Source: Thermodesulfobacteriota bacterium
GTDB lineage: Bacteria; Desulfobacterota; Desulfovibrionia; Desulfovibrionales; Desulfovibrionaceae
Length of the DNA stretch: 64,000 nt
NCBI GenBank assembly: GCA_049324675.1
Contig: JBMONM010000120.1
Span: forward strand, 8,833 to 72,832
Direction of reading: 5' to 3'
Position numbers and translations under genes: made by a program
Part shown: piece by piece, positions 41,534 through 49,688 of the stretch
How positions within the stretch are numbered: position 1 is the first letter of the stretch
Layout of the letters: each line of letters begins with the position of its first letter
The notes under the pieces: model-generated
Database searches by the model: none
Told to the model about the DNA's origin: nothing
Seen by the model: only the letters and a program-made list of their open reading frames with translations

Positions 41534-43708
41534 TCATGCGCGGGCCTTCCCCGCCCGAAAGCGGTCCGCCCGGCCTTTGACGGCGATGGCGAGCGGGATG
41601 ACGGTCAAAAGCCCAAGCATGCCCCAGGACAGATAGGCCAGCCAGAGTCGCAGGCGCGGCCGGTAGCGGATGTCCACCGAGACGATGCCCGAGGGTATCT
41701 CCACGGCTACAAGAGCGTCAAGGGCTTCCCTGGTTTCGAGGAACGTCCGCCCTCCCTGCCGGTCCGTGCCCACCGCCTGCCAGCCGGGCCGATACATCTG
41801 GCTGACGAGCAGCCAGCGGGCGGCGTCCGAGGGGGCGAATTCCGCGACCACGCCGTCTTCCACAAGCCTGGCCCGGGTGTCGCCCCGCCAGCGGGACAGG
41901 ACCGGGCCGGCGTCGGCGCAGAGCAGGCGGTCGTGGGGGCATCCCGGCACGGACGACAGCCTGAGATCGGGCGTGTCGGCCGAGACGAACGCCGCGAAGG
42001 GCCAGGCCCGGGGATTCTCGTAGACCAGAAGCGTCGACTTTTCCCCCGTCGGACAGGTCAGGACCAGACTGGTCCCCGGGGGCTGTGGCTCGGTGTCCAG
42101 GGCCAGGATGTAGCGCACGCCCAGGACGTCCAGGAGCGGGCTATTCTCCGCCAGGCTCCTGTCGGGGACGATGTGGCTGTGCATGAGCATGGTCGTCGGC
42201 GGATACACGGGCACGTACACGCCCTTGAAGTAGCCGTTTACGATCGGAAGCCCGTGGTACCCGAGCGTGTTGTGCCAGAGGCCCAGGCGGATCAGGTCGT
42301 AGGGGAAGCCGCGCCGGCCTCCGATATCCCCGGCGAACACGAATCGTCCGGGCGACTGTGCGTACAGCCCGCGAAGCCTTTCGATCAGGGGCGAGGGATC
42401 AAGAATGCTGGCGGTGACCTGCTTGGCGGCGGGCATGAAGGAAAGGGGCCTTCCCCCGGCGTGGACCAGGGCCGAGGAAAGGTTTTGCAGCCAGAACGGG
42501 GAGGCGCCCGCGGCCATGAGCAGGAAGTGCAGGGCGAGAAGGGCCGTGGCCCCCAGCCGCCAGGTCCGGCCAAGGCCCCGAAGGCGGTCGATGGCCGCCC
42601 CGGCCAGAAAAAGCGCGGCAATGATGGCCGGATCACGAAAGGCGATGAGCCAGGCGATGACGCCGCCGCACAGGGATTTGGGCAGATGGACGAGCAGGAC
42701 GCCCCCCAGGAAGACCGCGGCAAAGGCCCGCCGGTCCCGGGAGGCGAGGTTCCCCTCCCAGATTCCCACGATCGCCAGGACCACGAATATCGGCCCGAAC
42801 CAGAAGTTGCGGACCCCGGCCTGCAGGTTGGCGCGCAGGAAGGACTCGTCCCCCCACAGCACCAGGGGCTTGACGAACATCGCCCACAGTTCGCGCGGCG
42901 CAAACAGGGTGTAGGGAACGTACAGGCGGTCGATCGCCGGAGGGAACAAGGACATTTCCGAATACAGGGTGAAGGCCCGAAAGCCCACGGCCAGGCAGAA
43001 CCCCAGTCCGGCCGCGGCCAGCCAGGCCGCCTGCCTTGCGCCCGGGCGCAGCGCGGCGACGAAAACCGCGAGCATGACGCCATAGGCGGCCACCACCCCG
43101 TTGTGCCCGTTGAGCATGGCCAGGGCCGCGAACAGGGCCAGCAGGCAGGCGCCGGACAGGGATTTCAGGGGCGTGTCGGCGTCACGTACGGCCAGAATGA
43201 AATAGAACAGGATCGGCAGGACGCTCCAGACGTGAAAAACCTCGGGCCAGAAGTCGACCAGCCCGTAATTGAGATGCGGCGCGCACAGTAAAAACGTGGC
43301 CGCGCAACACAGGGAGGCGAACCAGGAGAGCCTGACGCGTCTGGCCGCGGCATAGACGAAACAGCTCCCGACGGTCATCTGCAGCCAGTAAAAAAGGGCC
43401 AGACAGATCTTCATCGGCACAAGCTGCAGCATGAAAATGATGGGATGGAAGGAGAGGGTCGAGGCGAAAGGCTGCGGCATCCCCAGGCCGAGCATGGTCG
43501 TCCAGAGGGTGACGCCCCCCTGGGTCAGAAAACGGGCCTGGGCCGCCGTGGAATAGATCGTTGAAAAAAAACTCTCCAGGTCCCCGGAGATGATGAAAAA
43601 ACACGGTCCGTAAACGACGGCCGAGAAAAGGGCCAGGGCCGGAAACACGACAACCGGGGAAGGAGCCTTCCCGGCGCGGCCTCCGGAAGCGCCCTGCTCA
43701 CAGCACAT
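41534..43708 (-). CDS. Large polytopic membrane protein, YfhO-like / GT-C-fold glycosyltransferase candidate
   Basis: 724-aa ORF. The N-terminal roughly 430 aa are almost entirely hydrophobic helices. The C-terminal roughly 290 aa look soluble, followed by one final TM (WLAYLSWGMLGLLTVIPLAIAV). This architecture, and adjacency to a GtrB/CsbB-like GT2, fits the YfhO family. The assignment is by architecture only. Confidence 0.7.
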   Translation of the reverse strand: MCCEQGASGGRAGKAPSPVVVFPALALFSAVVYGPCFFIISGDLESFFSTIYSTAAQARFLTQGGVTLWTTMLGLGMPQPFASTLSFHPIIFMLQLVPMKICLALFYWLQMTVGSCFVYAAARRVRLSWFASLCCAATFLLCAPHLNYGLVDFWPEVFHVWSVLPILFYFILAVRDADTPLKSLSGACLLALFAALAMLNGHNGVVAAYGVMLAVFVAALRPGARQAAWLAAAGLGFCLAVGFRAFTLYSEMSLFPPAIDRLYVPYTLFAPRELWAMFVKPLVLWGDESFLRANLQAGVRNFWFGPIFVVLAIVGIWEGNLASRDRRAFAAVFLGGVLLVHLPKSLCGGVIAWLIAFRDPAIIAALFLAGAAIDRLRGLGRTWRLGATALLALHFLLMAAGASPFWLQNLSSALVHAGGRPLSFMPAAKQVTASILDPSPLIERLRGLYAQSPGRFVFAGDIGGRRGFPYDLIRLGLWHNTLGYHGLPIVNGYFKGVYVPVYPPTTMLMHSHIVPDRSLAENSPLLDVLGVRYILALDTEPQPPGTSLVLTCPTGEKSTLLVYENPRAWPFAAFVSADTPDLRLSSVPGCPHDRLLCADAGPVLSRWRGDTRARLVEDGVVAEFAPSDAARWLLVSQMYRPGWQAVGTDRQGGRTFLETREALDALVAVEIPSGIVSVDIRYRPRLRLWLAYLSWGMLGLLTVIPLAIAVKGRADRFRAGKARA

Positions 43709-44297
43709 TGGCGTACACCCCGCGCACCTCGGCCGGCTGCACGCACAGGTAGGTCAGGGTCTGGCGCTGGGTGGCGTGCCCGAACACGGTCATAAGCGTG
43801 GGGATGTCCACCCCGAAACTCACCCGCTGGTGATAGCCCCAGGTCTTGCGCAGGGTGTGCGTGCCGTACCGGCCCCGAAGCCCCACGGCCCGGCACCAGC
43901 CCTTGATCAGCCGGTTGAGCCAGCTCGGGGTCATCCGCCCCCGCCGACCCAAAAAAAGCGGCCCGGACTCGTCAAGGCCCGGCCCCTCCAGAATCCCGCC
44001 CGGTCCGGCCAACACCTCGCGACAGGCCCGGTTGAACACCAGCCGCCGGACCTTGCCGGTCTTGTGCTCGCGGATCGCCGCGCCGCGCTCGCCCCCGGCC
44101 AGGATCTCCCGGGCCTGCCCGACCGTCAGGGCCAGAAGATCCCCGGCCCGCAGCGCGGTGTTGATCCCGACCACGAACAGGGCCAGGTCGCGCGGCCGGT
44201 CCTTGAGCAGAAACCGGATGGCCGTGATCGCCTCCAGGCTGGTGATCGGCTCCACCGTGAGCGTGCTGCCCTTTCGCGGATGGTTTTTTGCGGCCAT
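43698..44297 (-). CDS. Short tyrosine recombinase (phage-integrase catalytic domain only, FimB/FimE-sized)
   Basis: Track ORF 43698..44402 trimmed to ATG 44297, which has AAGGGG 5 nt upstream. All catalytic-signature residues are visible: INTALRAGDLL (Arg), HKTGKVRRLVF (Lys), GTHTLRKTWGY (HxxR), VFGHATQRQTLTYL (His, Tyr). There is no N-terminal SAM-like DNA-binding domain. The product is 199 aa. Confidence 0.85.
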   Translation of the reverse strand: MAAKNHPRKGSTLTVEPITSLEAITAIRFLLKDRPRDLALFVVGINTALRAGDLLALTVGQAREILAGGERGAAIREHKTGKVRRLVFNRACREVLAGPGGILEGPGLDESGPLFLGRRGRMTPSWLNRLIKGWCRAVGLRGRYGTHTLRKTWGYHQRVSFGVDIPTLMTVFGHATQRQTLTYLCVQPAEVRGVYANVL

Positions 44298-44317
44298 GCG
44301 ACCCCTTCTTTTTTCGT

Positions 44318-44328
44318 GCGGTTTTGCC
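44318..44328. repeat. Left arm of a perfect 11-bp inverted repeat (GCGGTTTTGCC)
   Basis: Read directly. Its reverse complement GGCAAAACCGC occurs at 44466-44476. This arm lies 21 nt upstream of the recombinase ATG. Confidence 0.9.
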
Positions 44329-44368
44329 CATTCTGCATACAAAACCGGACGGATACCGCAAGGGTTTT

Positions 44369-44396
44369 TTGACCTTGTCGCTAACATGTCGATATT
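44369..44396 (+). promoter_or_regulatory. Sigma70-like promoter TTGACC-16 nt-GATATT, pointing rightward (away from the recombinase in this orientation)
   Basis: ttgacc is at 44369-44374 and gatatt at 44391-44396. No plus-strand gene lies downstream. As drawn it would transcribe antisense to the 3' end of 44607..45602. Confidence 0.4.
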
Positions 44397-44418
44397 TTTC
44401 ATTTTTTTGACGGGTGGT

Positions 44419-44446
44419 TCGTCATCTTTGGCACAAAAGATGACGA
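44419..44446. promoter_or_regulatory. Perfect palindrome TCGTCATCTTT-ggcaca-AAAGATGACGA (protein-binding site or hairpin)
   Basis: Read directly. It has an 11-bp stem and a 6-nt loop, and lies inside the segment bounded by the inverted repeat. No adjacent U-tract exists on either strand. Confidence 0.5.
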
Positions 44447-44465
44447 TGGCCGGCGCGCCGCCGCC

Positions 44466-44476
44466 GGCAAAACCGC
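44466..44476. repeat. Right arm of the 11-bp inverted repeat (GGCAAAACCGC)
   Basis: Exact reverse complement of 44318-44328. Confidence 0.9.
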
Positions 44477-44606
44477 GCAGGAAACAAGGGACCGGGGCGG
44501 ACGCGGAAAAGCCCGGCGAAACCCGGTCCGGGAATCAGTCCGGCGGCGGCCCCTGGTGTCGCTTCCCGTAAAAAATATGCCGCTGTTTTTTTTAAGAAAA
44601 ATATAC

Positions 44607-45602
44607 TTAATTCAACGTATTCTTCTCAAAATCCGCATGCATGGACCTTGAGGACGCGACCTGGCCGGCGTCCCGCCCGGAGTCGGCCTCGATGAAGGCC
44701 AGGGGGCGCTTCTTGGTCTCGTCGAAGATGCGCCACAGGTATTCCCCGAAGACCCCCAGGGTGACGAGCTGCAGCCCGCCCAGGATCAGGATCAGGGTCA
44801 CGATGGACGGCCAGCCCAGGACCGGCGCGCCGAAAAAGATCGCCCGGACGATGACCACCAGGGCATACAGCGCCCCCAGCCCGGCGATGCCGAACCCCAG
44901 GAAGGTCATCAGCCGCAGCGGCACCCCGGAAAAGGACACGATCCAGTCCAGGGCGAGGCGCATCTTGCTTCGGAAGTTCCATTTGGACTGGCCGTGCCGG
45001 CGGGGCCGGCGGTCGTACTCCACCCCCGTCTGCGTGAATCCCAGCCACACGATGAGCCCGAAAAGCGAGGTGTTGCGTTCGCCGCACCGTGCAATCGCGT
45101 CCACCACCCTGCGGTCCAGAAGATAGAAGTCCGCCCGGGACAGGTCGATACGGCCGCGCAGGCCGGGATTGAGCATCCGCAGCAGCCGGTAGAAGACCTG
45201 GGCGAAGAGCCTGACCCGGAGCGGCTCCTCCTCCCGGTTGCGGCGCAGGGCCCAGACCACCCGGGCTCCGTCCCTCCAGGCCGCGATCATCCGGGGCAGG
45301 GCCCCGGGGTCGTCCTGGCCGTCGGCGGACAGGCAGCAGGCCACCCGCCCCCTGGCCCGGGCCAGCCCCACCCGCAGGGCCACATGGCTGCCGCTGCGTT
45401 TGCTTAAGCGCAGGCAGGTGATGCGCGGGTCGGCAAGGGCCGCCACCACGCCGAAGGTGTCGTCCTCGGAATGGTCGTCCACCACGATGATCTCGAAATC
45501 CTCGGCGAATTCCGGCAGCCCGGCCAGGGCGGCCCGGATATCGGCGATGGTCCCGGGCAGGGACCGGCTTTCGTTGTAGGCGGGAAGGACGAGGGAAATC
45601 AT
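44607..45602 (-). CDS. GtrB/ArnC-like GT2 with C-terminal TM helices (polyprenyl-phosphate sugar synthase candidate)
   Basis: Track ORF 44607..46514 trimmed to ATG 45602 (ATGA overlap). Contains MISLVLPAYNESRSLPGTIADI...IIVVDDHSEDDT...RSGSHVALRVGL...SADGQDDP. Two C-terminal helices are present (LRLMTFLGFGIAGLGALYALVVIV; IVTLILILGGLQLVTLGVFGEY). Confidence 0.9.
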   Translation of the reverse strand: MISLVLPAYNESRSLPGTIADIRAALAGLPEFAEDFEIIVVDDHSEDDTFGVVAALADPRITCLRLSKRSGSHVALRVGLARARGRVACCLSADGQDDPGALPRMIAAWRDGARVVWALRRNREEEPLRVRLFAQVFYRLLRMLNPGLRGRIDLSRADFYLLDRRVVDAIARCGERNTSLFGLIVWLGFTQTGVEYDRRPRRHGQSKWNFRSKMRLALDWIVSFSGVPLRLMTFLGFGIAGLGALYALVVIVRAIFFGAPVLGWPSIVTLILILGGLQLVTLGVFGEYLWRIFDETKKRPLAFIEADSGRDAGQVASSRSMHADFEKNTLN

Positions 45603-46261
45603 ACGTCGCGCCCCCTGATGGGTCCGGCCGGGCATCCGGCCACGGTGGTTTCCGGCAACACGTCGCGCACGACCACGGCCCCGAGGCCCACCATGGCCGC
45701 GTCGCCGACCACGATCTCCTGGATGAACCGGGACCCCGACCCCAGGTAGCAGCACCGCCCCACCCGCACCCCGCCGGACACGGACACGTTCGAGCCGACC
45801 AGGCAGTAGTCCCCGATGACCGACTCGTGGGCCACCACGGTTCCGGGCAGCATGACCACGTGGTCGCCCACGGTGACGGCGGCGGTCAGGGTGACGTGGG
45901 CCATGACCAGGGTGTTGACGCCCAGGCGCACCAGGGGGCCCAGGGCCGCCGTGGGATGCACCAGGGTGGCCAGGCGCTGCCGGGGCAGGCCCAGGGAGGC
46001 GATGATCTGCGGGCGGTTGCGGAAGGTCTCGGGACGTCCGGGCACGGCCAGGACCATGGCCCCGGGGTGGGCGGCGAACACCTCCCGGCCGCCCAGGACC
46101 GGATATCCGGCAAACGTCGCGCCGTGCGTGCGCGCGTCGTCGTCCACGAAGCCCAGAAAATCCCAGGCCGGGGCCACGGCATTCCGGGCCTCGATGACGG
46201 CCACGGCCTCGCGGGCGTTGCCGCTGAAGGGGAAAAGGAGGAGTTGCCGGGTCGCGGTCAT
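45599..46261 (-). CDS. PglD/NeuD-like sugar N-acetyltransferase (left-handed beta-helix)
   Basis: Trimmed to ATG 46261 (ATGA overlap). Contains LLLFPFSGNAREAVAVIE...FLGFVDDD... followed by hexapeptide repeats VGDHVVMLPGTVVAHESVIGDYCLVGSNVSVSGGVRVGRCCYLGSGS. Confidence 0.85.
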   Translation of the reverse strand: MTATRQLLLFPFSGNAREAVAVIEARNAVAPAWDFLGFVDDDARTHGATFAGYPVLGGREVFAAHPGAMVLAVPGRPETFRNRPQIIASLGLPRQRLATLVHPTAALGPLVRLGVNTLVMAHVTLTAAVTVGDHVVMLPGTVVAHESVIGDYCLVGSNVSVSGGVRVGRCCYLGSGSRFIQEIVVGDAAMVGLGAVVVRDVLPETTVAGCPAGPIRGRDV

Positions 46262-47511
46262 GCGCCCTCCATGGCCCGGCGCAGGGAGGCGGCCACCCGG
46301 TCGACGTCGGCCGCGTCCATGGTGGGATACAGGGGCAGGATGACGCCCGTGTCCCGGGCCAGACGGCTCTTTTCCAGGCCGTGGCCCCGCCAGGCGTCGA
46401 TGTAGGGCGGCTCCAGGTGGGCGCACATGATGCCCCGCCTGGTGGCCACGCCCTGGTCCTTGAGGGCGCGCATGACCGGTTCCTGTCTGGCCGGATCGTC
46501 CAGGCGGACCACATAGCTTTGCCGGTTCACCCGGGCGTACGGCGGTTCGGCCGGAAGCGTCAGGCCCGGCACGTCCGCCAGGGCGGCGGCATAGGCGTCG
46601 GCGATGTCCCGGCGGCGGGTCACGATGCCCGGCAGGCGCTTGAGCTGCTCGATGCCCACGGCGGCCTGGATGTCGGTCATGCGGCCGTTGTGCCCGGTGA
46701 TGAGGTAGTCTTCGAACACGAGCCCCCCGGCCGCATGCCGGGCGGCGTCGGAGACGCTCATGCCGTGCTGGCGCAGCAGGCGGAAGCGGCGGTCGTGTCC
46801 GGGATCGTTCGTGGTGATCATGCCGCCGTCGCCGGTGGTGATGACCTTGCGGGGGTGGAAGCTGAAACAGGCCACGTCGCCGTGGGGGCGGCCGATCCTC
46901 TCGAAAGCCTCGCCCAGGCGCACTTCGCTGCCAATGGCGCAGGCCGCATCCTCCACCACCGGGACCCCGGCGGCGCGGCACAGGGGCAGGATGCGCCCCA
47001 TGTCGGCCGGGACGCCCACCTGATGCACGGCCAGGACCGCGCCCAGACGCCCGGCCCGGCCGGATTCGCCGCAAAAGTGGACCAGCGGGCTCTCCCCCCG
47101 GGCCAGCCGGGCCGCGTCCCGGTAATACGGGCCGTCCGGGCCCGGGGCGTAGTCCTCGGCCAGGATGCGGGCCAGCTCGTCCGGGTCCATGTTCAGGGTG
47201 GCCGGGTCGATGTCCGCGAACACGGGTTCGGCCCCGCAGGCGCGCACGGCGTTGGCCGTGGCGATGAAGGAATGGCTGACGGTGACCACCGTGTCCCCGG
47301 GCCTCACCCCCACGGCCAGGAGGGCGTAATGCAGGGCCACGGTGCAGTTGGCCACGGCGCAGGCATGGGCCGCGCCGGTGTAGCGGGCGAAATCGGCCTC
47401 GAACTCGGCCACCCGGGGGCCCTGGGTGACCCAGCCCGAGAGGATGGTCCGGGAGGCGGCGTCGGCCTCGGCCTGACCGAGAAGCGGCAGGGCCACGGGG
47501 ATGGTCTTCAT
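46258..47511 (-). CDS. DegT/DnrJ/EryC1-family PLP sugar aminotransferase
   Basis: Trimmed to ATG 47511 (MKTIPVALPLLGQAEADAA). Contains ...GPRVAEFEADFARYTGAAHACAVANCTVALHYALLAVGVRPGD...FSFHPRKVITTGDGGMITT, which holds the active-site Lys. Confidence 0.9.
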   Translation of the reverse strand: MKTIPVALPLLGQAEADAASRTILSGWVTQGPRVAEFEADFARYTGAAHACAVANCTVALHYALLAVGVRPGDTVVTVSHSFIATANAVRACGAEPVFADIDPATLNMDPDELARILAEDYAPGPDGPYYRDAARLARGESPLVHFCGESGRAGRLGAVLAVHQVGVPADMGRILPLCRAAGVPVVEDAACAIGSEVRLGEAFERIGRPHGDVACFSFHPRKVITTGDGGMITTNDPGHDRRFRLLRQHGMSVSDAARHAAGGLVFEDYLITGHNGRMTDIQAAVGIEQLKRLPGIVTRRRDIADAYAAALADVPGLTLPAEPPYARVNRQSYVVRLDDPARQEPVMRALKDQGVATRRGIMCAHLEPPYIDAWRGHGLEKSRLARDTGVILPLYPTMDAADVDRVAASLRRAMEGA

Positions 47512-47537
47512 GGGTACACCCTTTTGCCGGGGGCGGA

Positions 47538-48584
47538 TCAGGCGCCGCCGGCCTCGCGTTCGGCCAGCCAGGGCTCGGGGGCGCAGGCCTCCCAGTTCTG
47601 GGGCTGCATGGAGGCCAGCACCTCCTCGGTCACGGGCACGTTGTCCCGGAACCAGGCCACGGTCCTGGCCAACCCTTCCCGGATGCCGATTCCGGGCGAA
47701 TCGCCGAGCACCCGGCGCAGCCGGGCCGGGTCCCCGAAAAGGCGCAACACGTCGCTCGGGCGGCCCGGGGCGTGGACCACCGGGACGTCGAGCCCGGTCA
47801 GTTCGCCGACCAGCCTGGCGATCTCCAGGACCGACACCTCCTGGCCGTGGCACAGGTTGAGGGCCGTGCCCCGGGCCGCGTCGCACTCCATGATCCGGAC
47901 CAGGAAATCGGCGGTCTCGACCACGTAGGTGAAATCCCGGGTCTGTTCGCCGCTGCCGTAGACCACGGGCGACTTTCCGGCCAGGGCCCACAGGATGAAC
48001 CGGGGGATCACCTCGCCCTTGACGCCGTGGTAGTGTTCGCGGGGGCCGTAGTTGTTGTGCGGCCGGACGATGACCGTGGACAGCCAGCCGGCGCGTTCGA
48101 AGACCTGGGTGTAGTATTCCCCGGTCAGCTTGGACGCGCCGTAGATGGTCTCGGGCTTGAAGTGATAGTCCTCGGGCATGGGCACGATGTCGGCCGTGCC
48201 GTTGACCTCGGAGCTCGAGCAGTAGAGAAACCGGCGCACCCCGGCCCGGGAGGCGGCCTTCAGGACGTTCAGGGTCCCGGTGGCGTTGACGTCGTGGACG
48301 ATGGTCGGCCGGCGCAGGCTCAGGCGCACGTTGCGGCAGGCCAGGTGAAAGACGAACTCCGCCCCGGCGAAAAGCCGGCGCAGGCCGGGCTCGTCCAGGA
48401 TGTCCGCCTCGGCCACGGTCAGGCGGGCGTCCCCGGCGTGGTGGGCCAGGTTCTCCCGGCTGCCGCTGGAAAAATCATCCACGACCACCACCCGGTTTCC
48501 GGCCGCGAGCAGGCGGTCGACCAGGTGGCTGCCGATGAATCCCGCGCCGCCGGTGACCACGGCCAGGGAATTCCTAACATCCAT
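47538..48584 (-). CDS. NAD-dependent sugar-nucleotide epimerase/dehydratase (extended SDR)
   Basis: 348-aa ORF. AVVTGGAGFIGSHLVDRL is the Rossmann motif. SSSEVNG...YGASKLTGE gives the S...YxxxK catalytic triad. Confidence 0.9.
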   Translation of the reverse strand: MDVRNSLAVVTGGAGFIGSHLVDRLLAAGNRVVVVDDFSSGSRENLAHHAGDARLTVAEADILDEPGLRRLFAGAEFVFHLACRNVRLSLRRPTIVHDVNATGTLNVLKAASRAGVRRFLYCSSSEVNGTADIVPMPEDYHFKPETIYGASKLTGEYYTQVFERAGWLSTVIVRPHNNYGPREHYHGVKGEVIPRFILWALAGKSPVVYGSGEQTRDFTYVVETADFLVRIMECDAARGTALNLCHGQEVSVLEIARLVGELTGLDVPVVHAPGRPSDVLRLFGDPARLRRVLGDSPGIGIREGLARTVAWFRDNVPVTEEVLASMQPQNWEACAPEPWLAEREAGGA

Positions 48585-49677
48585 GCGCGCATTCCTTGAC
48601 GAGCTTCGCCGCCGTTTCGGCCATCTCCAGGGGCAGTTCCGGATACATGGGCAGGGACAGGACCTCCGACGCGGCCTTCTCGGTCTCCGGGAAAGCGCCC
48701 GGGCCGTACCCCAGGTCGGCGTAGGCCGGGAGCAGGTGCACCGGAATGGGATAGTGGATGCCCGTGCCCACGCCCTTGTCCGTCAGGCGGGCCTGGAGCG
48801 CGTCCCGGCCGGGGCTGCGCACGGCGTAGACGTGGTAGACGTGGCGGCGTCCGGGCAGTTCCACGGGCGGGATCACGGACGAGCCGGCCAACAGCCGGTC
48901 GTAGACCGCGGCCACGGCCCGGCGGGATTCGGTCCAGGCCGGCAGGTGGCGCAGCTTGACGCGCAAAATGGCGCCCTGGAGCCCCTCCATGCGGTAATTG
49001 AAGCCCCTAAGCACGTGGTGGTACTTGCGCTCGGCCCCCCAGTCCCGGAGCATGCGCAGGGTGCGCACGAAGTCCGGATTGCCGGTGGTGACCATGCCGC
49101 CCTCGCCGTAGGCCCCCAGGTTCTTGCCCGGGTAGAAGGAAAAGCAGGCCATGTCGCCCATGCTTCCGGCCATGCGGCCCTTGTAGGAGGCCCCGTGGGC
49201 CTGGCAGGCGTCCTCGATGACCGTGATGCCGCGCTTCCGGGCCATGTCCAGGATGGGGTCCATGTCCGCGCACTGGCCGTAGAGATGCACCGGGATGATG
49301 GCCTTCGTGGCCGGGCTTATGGCCCGGGCCACGGCCGCCGGGTCGATGGTCATGGACACGGGGTCGATGTCGGCGAAGACGGGTCTGGCCCCGGTGTAGA
49401 CGATGGCGGCCACGGTGGCCACGAAGGTGTGCGGGGTGGTGATGACCTCGCAGCCCGGCCCGATGCCGGCGGCCAGAAGGGCCAGGTGCAGGGCCGAGGT
49501 GCCGGAGTTGACGGCCACGCCCTGGGCCGCGCCGCAAAAGGCGGCGAATTCGGATTCGAAGGCGGCCACCTGCGGCCCCAGGACATACTGGGAACTGGCC
49601 AGGACATCGAGCACGGCCGCGTCGATTTCGGCCTTGATGGCCGCGTACTGGGCTTTCAGATCGAGAAATGGAATCAT
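48574..49677 (-). CDS. DegT-family aminotransferase, WbpE/WecE-like
   Basis: Trimmed to ATG 49677. Contains MIPFLDLKAQYAAIKAEIDAAVLDVLASSQYVLGPQVAAFESEFAAFCG...NSGTSALHLALLAAGIGPG...FSFYPGKNLGAYGEGGMVTT. Confidence 0.9.
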   Translation of the reverse strand: MIPFLDLKAQYAAIKAEIDAAVLDVLASSQYVLGPQVAAFESEFAAFCGAAQGVAVNSGTSALHLALLAAGIGPGCEVITTPHTFVATVAAIVYTGARPVFADIDPVSMTIDPAAVARAISPATKAIIPVHLYGQCADMDPILDMARKRGITVIEDACQAHGASYKGRMAGSMGDMACFSFYPGKNLGAYGEGGMVTTGNPDFVRTLRMLRDWGAERKYHHVLRGFNYRMEGLQGAILRVKLRHLPAWTESRRAVAAVYDRLLAGSSVIPPVELPGRRHVYHVYAVRSPGRDALQARLTDKGVGTGIHYPIPVHLLPAYADLGYGPGAFPETEKAASEVLSLPMYPELPLEMAETAAKLVKECAHGC

Positions 49678-49688
49678 GCGGGATACCG

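Noticed and set aside
44440-44571. Small plus-strand ORF (MTMAGAPPPAKPRRKQGTGADAEKPGETRSGNQSGGGPWCRFP, 43 aa) downstream of the promoter-like element.
   Set aside because: It has no convincing RBS and a low-complexity Pro/Gly/Ala-rich sequence. Its start lies inside the palindrome. It is probably not a gene, although it would become relevant if the rightward promoter proves active.
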